NCBI GenBank assembly: GCA_965603825.1
Contig: CBFDEM010000034.1
Coordinates: 366,971 to 430,970 of the forward strand
Length of the DNA: 64,000 nucleotides
Direction: 5' to 3'
From: Blepharisma stoltei ATCC 30299
Taxonomy: Eukaryota > Protista > Ciliophora
The notes under the pieces: model-generated
What the model saw: only the letters and a program-made list of their open reading frames with translations
Told to the model about the DNA's origin: nothing
Databases searched by the model: none
Translations under genes and position numbers: made by a program
Shown: one piece after another, positions 58,554 to 64,000 of the stretch
Position numbering within the stretch: the stretch's first letter is position 1
How the letters are laid out: each line of letters opens with the position of its first letter

Positions 58554-60608
58554 ATGGACGCACAAAATGGGTATTGATGCGACTATCAGCCTTTTTTCTT
58601 GAACAAGCACATGGGAAGAAGAAGAAAAAGGAACGGAGAAGCTCAAATGTGGGGTCTTGACGACGTCAATGGATTCAAGCTCGTTGGGCAAAGCATTGAT
58701 GAGCTAGGCCTTCTTCAAAAATATAAGCGAAAAAGCCGAGAGTCAATCGGATGCGAAGTGGTAATCGGGATTTTTATTCAGCCTGATGAAGAGTCACATT
58801 TTGCTGCAACAATGGATTCAGTAGTAAAAAATGTAAAGAACTTCAAAGATAAAGGACTATCAGTTCTCTGCATAGCAATAGCGGACGGTAGAGAGAAGCT
58901 GAAATCAGCAGACAATGATAGTTTAATGGGAAGTGTTTTTCATAATGTTTATTATGATGAATCATTGATAGAAAAACAATTTAATTTAAGCAAAGAAAAC
59001 AATAAAATTCCTCTGAAATACTTTATGACAAACCCTGCGGAATCACAAACCGATGAAGAGCTCGCTCATATGTTTATGCATAGAAACTGGCTAAAAATAG
59101 ATGAAGGAGGCAATGAGCGCAAGATTGATTTAATTTTTTGCATCAAAGAAAAATATTCAGGAAAACTAAACTCTCATTTATGATTCTTTGGAGGTTTCTG
59201 TCAGCATATCAACCCCCGAATTGTCATGCTGCTAGATGCCGGAGTGAAGCCCCAAAAAAATGCTTTAATCTACATGTGGAAAGCTCTTCGAGCTGATGAA
59301 AATCTTGCCGGATGCACTGGCGAGCTAAAGCCTGATACAAAAAAGTGAAAAGATATCTTTCGTTACGCACAAGTAGCAGAGTATAAGTCCATTTATATGC
59401 TCGATAAAGCCCTAGAAAGCGTTGTCGGCTACATCTCAAGCCTCCCCAGCTGCTTTAGTGCTTATCAATGGAAAGCTTTAAGCATGCCCATTCTATTAGA
59501 AACTCATTTTAAATCCATCTGCAACCCTGAAGAAATTGACGCTGCAAATTCCAATTATTACCTTTCAGTCGATAGACTTTTGAGCCTATCTCTTTTCATG
59601 CAAAGGAAACAAAAATACACCCTAAGATTTGTCAAAAGGTCAAAGGCCAAAATTCATGTCTCAAATAAAGTGTACAAGATTATGCTCACAAGGAGAAAGT
59701 GAATCAATGGGACTTGGTTCATTTTACTAGAGTCTCTTAAAAAATCCTACTTGATTTTTGGATGCAAAACCAATCATCCATGATATAGGATCATCTTATT
59801 TGCTCTGCAAATGATATTGTTTATTACAAACTTCTTTTTTTCTTGGCTCATTGTGGGGTATTTTTTTGTTTTTCTCGCCCAAGGATTGAGGACGAGGGTT
59901 GATAATGATCATGTGCAAGATATTTTTATGATTTTTTATGGGCTGCTTCTTGAACATGTATTGATTCTTTCTCTAGGAGTTTCTCCTAAGAAAGCTGATA
60001 AATGCTTGACGTATATGAGCTACATTCTTTTAGGCATTTCTATAGTGAGTGTATATTTCTTTTTAGGCTACTGATTTCAGCAGCCTGATGGAGGCTACTC
60101 AATGGTATATTTTGCAGCATTTCTTACAGCGTCTGGCTTATTTATCTTGAACCTTCTTTTCTACCTAGAAATCATCTTTAGCATCCCTTTTTATGTTATT
60201 TTGATACCTGTTCTCGTTAATATCTGCATGGTTTATTCGATTTGCAATATTCATGACTGTTCTAATAGCCACCCAGAAAAAATCACTGAAAAAGAAAGGG
60301 AACAAATTGCCCGTTTCCAATCTTTCAGAGCTTTTTGGCTTCTTGTATGAATTTCAACTAATGGTGTTTTTGCTTATGGTCTATACGAATTAATTGAAGA
60401 AAAGAAAATGTATGCACTAATAGCTATAGCTATGGTTGGAATGGCTAATATTATTATTAGGCTGATTGGAGGATTGGTGTATCACGCAAAAGAATGGGTT
60501 TTGAATAAACATGACGATAAAATTGATCAAAAAAATCATAGAATCGAAGACAATGTAGAAGATGCTGAAAAGATTTTTATAGAAGTTCCAAGTTTAAGCG
60601 ACTATTAG
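58554..60608 (+). CDS. Chitin synthase-like GT2 protein with degenerate catalytic motifs, 684 aa
   Basis: One frame with TGA=W at 58575, 59181, 59346, 59700, 59781, 60072 and 60348. Motifs IADGR, FCIKEK..KLNSHLWFF, LLDAG, Q..EYK....DKALES..GYIS.LP.CFSAY, RRKWING, then TM helices. Confidence 0.88.
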
Positions 60609-60667
60609 TGTTATATGAATAATTAAAATATTATTTAACATTAAGGAGACTCATTTTATGAATCTAT

Positions 60668-61117
60668 ATGATTGGATATGATGCAATATTTGTCTTGTTG
60701 GAAATCAGTTAAGACATTATCAATAAGCACAAAACTGATGCATTTATAAACGCAAACAAAATCATTAAGAATTTAAAACTGCCTCTGCAACATTCTTGCC
60801 AGATTAGTGAAGCAGAAGCAAGATGCACTAAAATTCTTAAAGTTTTATATGCTGAAGAAAAGGTTCTTGACATTGCTAAAGACGATGATATGGAAAGCAT
60901 ACTTAAATGCAGTGCTTCAAATATTCAGCACAAGATGGCTGAATGAGATATAAAAGAGTGGTATTTAGACTATAAAGATATAAATGCAGTAATTAGCAAA
61001 ATTTATGAAATACCTTTTAATCCTTTAGACAAATTAGAGAAGATACAATTGAATGAAATGAGCTTAGCTTGGGAAATTATTTCACTACTATTTGCATTTA
61101 CTGCTGATTTTATATAA
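60668..61117 (+). pseudogene. Possible subtelomeric gene remnant
   Basis: Frame is open from 60713 to 61117 (~135 codons with TGA=W) but is separated from ATG 60668 by TAA at 60710. No recognisable domain. Confidence 0.3.
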
Positions 61118-61976
61118 TTCAATATCCTATCATTTTTAAACAATTCTCCTGCGCTGAGACTATTATTTTGTTTTTCTCATTATCCTTAAGCATTTGTCCA
61201 ATTTCTTCACTTTATTTAAAAGCATTTCTTTAAAGTAATAAAAATTGTTTTCTAGCTTATCCAGCATAGCTATAATTTTATCCTGACTTTAGCTTCTATA
61301 TTATTGACTACTGAGCCTATCTTCCCTTGGCATTGCACTAATAGTTGCTATGTCTTTCATTGGATTTATATTCAAAATCCTTTTCTACTTTTTCAGCTAA
61401 TTTTCCTTCTAAATAGGTGAAATAATTTGCAGCAGTGCTAAAACTTAATATTATTTGATTATAATTCCGTTTATTTTTCTAGTTTTTTGGAATGAGTGTC
61501 AAGATTCCTCTATTGATTAGCCAAAGTTTGACGAATTGCCTCCTGGAGAGTTGAGAGAAGGAGAGAGTTCTCTTCTGTAATGAGGGCCTTGGTCATAGTT
61601 AGCGTTTTAACAGTAATTTGATCGCTCACCAGAGGTTTTAGATCCTTCCTTAAACAAAGTAATTATATAAATATAATAAAATAGAGATGCGGTTTAAATC
61701 AGTCAAGAGCTGTTCGCCATAAAGGTTGCCTTTACTTCGCTCATTAACTAAATCAGCTTTGGAAATTTGATCTTGCTTTAAGCAAGTTTCTCAATTATAA
61801 ATAGATTGAACAATAAAAAATTTTAAGAGTTGATAGCAAAAGATTATTAAATGCGACCTATTTATTAGAAAATTATTTCGTCCAGCTTGGTTAATATTTT
61901 TTCCTCTAAATTAAACTTGAAGTAACTAATTTTAGCTTTACTACAAGCGAGTGCAATATTTATTCCTTCTTTATTA

Positions 61977-64000
61977 TAGGGTGTTAGGGTGTTAGGGTGT
62001 TAGGGTGTTAGGGTGTTAGGGTGTTAGGGTGTTAGGGTGTTAGGGTGTTAGGGTGTTAGGGTGTTAGGGTGTTAGGGTGTTAGGGTGTTAGGGTGTTAGG
62101 GTGTTAGGGTGTTAGGGTGTTAGGGTGTTAGGGTGTTAGGGTGTTAGGGTGTTAGGGTGTTAGGGTGTTAGGGTGTTAGGGTGTTAGGGTGTTAGGGGTG
62201 TTAGGGTGTTAGGGTGTTAGGGTGTTAGGGTGTTAGGGTGTTAGGGTGTTAGGGTGTTAGGGTGTTAGGGTGTTAGGGTGTTAGGGTGTTAGGGTGTTAG
62301 GGTGTTAGGGTGTTAGGGTGTTAGGGTGTTAGGGTGTTAGGGTGTTAGGGTGTTAGGGTGTTAGGGTGTTAGGGTGTTAGGGTGTTAGGGTGTTAGGGTG
62401 TTAGGGTGTTAGGGTGTTAGGGTGTTAGGGTGTTAGGGTGTTAGGGTGTTAGGGTGTTAGGGTGTTAGGGTGTTAGGGTGTTAGGGTGTTAGGGTGTTAG
62501 GGTGTTAGGGTGTTAGGGTGTTAGGGTGTTAGGGTGTTAGGGTGTTAGGGTGTTAGGGGTGTTAGGGTGTTAGGGTGTTAGGGTGTTAGGGTGTTAGGGT
62601 GTTAGGGTGTTAGGGTGTTAGGGTGTTAGGGTGTTAGGGTGTTAGGGTGTTAGGGTGTTAGGGTGTAGGGTGTTAGGGTGTTAGGGTGTTAGGGTGTTAG
62701 GGTGTTAGGGTGTTAGGGTGTTAGGGTGTTAGGGTGTTAGGGTGTTAGGGTGTTAGGGTGTTAGGGTGTTAGGGTGTTAGGGTGTTAGGGTGTTAGGGTG
62801 TTAGGGTGTTAGGGTGTTAGGGTGTTAGGGTGTTAGGGTGTTAGGGTGTTAGGGTGTTAGGGTGTTAGGGTGTTAGGGTGTTAGGGTGTTAGGGTGTTAG
62901 GGTGTTAGGGTGTTAGGGTGTTAGGGTGTTAGGGTGTTAGGGTGTTAGGGTGTTAGGGTGTTAGGGTGTTAGGGTGTTAGGGTGTTAGGGTGTTAGGGTG
63001 TTAGGGTGTTAGGGTGTTAGGGTGTTAGGGTGTTAGGGTGTTAGGGTGTTAGGGTGTAGGGTGTTAGGGTGTTAGGGTGTTAGGGTGTTAGGGTGTTAGG
63101 GTGTTAGGGTGTTAGGGTGTTAGGGTGTTAGGGTGTTAGGGTGTTAGGGTGTTAGGGTGTTAGGGGTGTTAGGGTGTTAGGGTGTTAGGGTGTTAGGGTG
63201 TTAGGGTGTTAGGGTGTTAGGGTGTTAGGGTGTTAGGGTGTTAGGGTGTTAGGGTGTTAGGGTGTTAGGGTGTTAGGGTGTTAGGGTGTTAGGGTGTTAG
63301 GGTGTTAGGGTGTTAGGGTGTTAGGGTGTTAGGGTGTTAGGGTGTTAGGGTGTTAGGGTGTAGGGTGTTAGGGTGTTAGGGTGTTAGGGTGTTAGGGTGT
63401 TAGGGTGTTAGGGTGTTAGGGTGTTAGGGTGTTAGGGTGTTAGGGTGTTAGGGTGTTAGGGTGTTAGGGTGTTAGGGTGTTAGGGTGTTAGGGTGTTAGG
63501 GTGTTAGGGTGTTAGGGTGTTAGGGTGTTAGGGTGTTAGGGTGTTAGGGTGTTAGGGTGTTAGGGTGTTAGGGTGTTAGGGTGTTAGGGTGTTAGGGTGT
63601 TAGGGTGTTAGGGTGTTAGGGTGTTAGGGTGTTAGGGTGTTAGGGTGTTAGGGTGTGGTTAGGGTGTTAGGGTGTTAGGGTGTTAGGGTTTAGGGTGTTA
63701 GGGTGTTAGGGTGTTAGGGTGTTAGGGTGTTAGGGTGTTAGGGTGTTAGGGTGTTAGGGTGTTAGGGTGTTAGGGTGTTAGGGTGTTAGGGTGTTAGGGT
63801 GTTAGGGTGTTAGGGTGTTAGGGTGTTAGGGTGTTAGGGTGTTAGGGTGTTAGGGTGTTAGGGTGTTAGGGTGTTAGGGTGTTAGGGTGTTAGGGTGTTA
63901 GGGTGTTAGGGTGTTAGGGTTAGGTGTTAGGGTGTTAGGGTGTTAGGGTGTTAGGGTGTTAGGGTGTTAGGGTGTTAGGGTGTTAGGGTGTTAGGGTGTT
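61977..64000 (+). repeat. Telomeric repeat (GGGTGTTA)n / (CCCTAACA)n; chromosome end
   Basis: About 2 kb of 8-nt repeats with the G-rich strand running 5'->3' toward the window end; about nine variant units. Confidence 0.98.

Noticed and set aside
1-60608. In-frame TGAs as pseudogene stops or selenocysteine
   Set aside because: They align with conserved Trp rather than Cys, occur in many unrelated intact genes, and no SECIS was identified.
1-60608. Condylostoma-like ambiguous code (all stops reassigned) or TAA/TAG=Gln
   Set aside because: Every internal TAA/TAG in intact genes is explained by a 15-16-nt intron, and no gene ends at TGA.
61977-64000. CRISPR array or satellite
   Set aside because: No spacers; a pure 8-nt G-rich repeat oriented as a telomere in a eukaryotic context.

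Overview
AT-rich, gene-dense eukaryotic DNA ending in a telomere. Three features visible in the sequence point to the macronuclear (somatic) genome of a heterotrich ciliate, most likely Blepharisma (organism call is inference). (1) TGA is read as Trp: I counted about 41 in-frame TGAs, many at invariant Trp positions, and every gene ends in TAA or TAG. (2) Spliceosomal introns are 15-16 nt with a fixed branch A; 12 were found. (3) The window ends in a (GGGTGTTA)n = (CCCTAACA)n tract from about 61977. The supplied ORF track uses the standard code and fragments many genes. Re-reading with TGA=W and splicing the tiny introns gives about 30 genes. These include DHFR-TS, SCC3/STAG cohesin, F-box/WD40, GST-theta, cytosolic HSP70 with an upstream heat-shock element, two kinesins, NOP56, EB1, a MAPKK, two MFS transporters, two paralogous C2H2 zinc-finger genes, a GAS2-domain protein, PKG, a U-box/2xUBL protein and a subtelomeric chitin-synthase-like gene. 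Most noteworthy: a probable non-canonical 16-nt GT..GG intron; a tandem Venus-flytrap plus ~9-TM receptor with an adjacent decayed paralog; a GC-rich 780-aa orphan ORF; a chitin synthase with degenerate catalytic motifs; avoidance of TGA in housekeeping genes; and divergent start codons only 10 nt apart.
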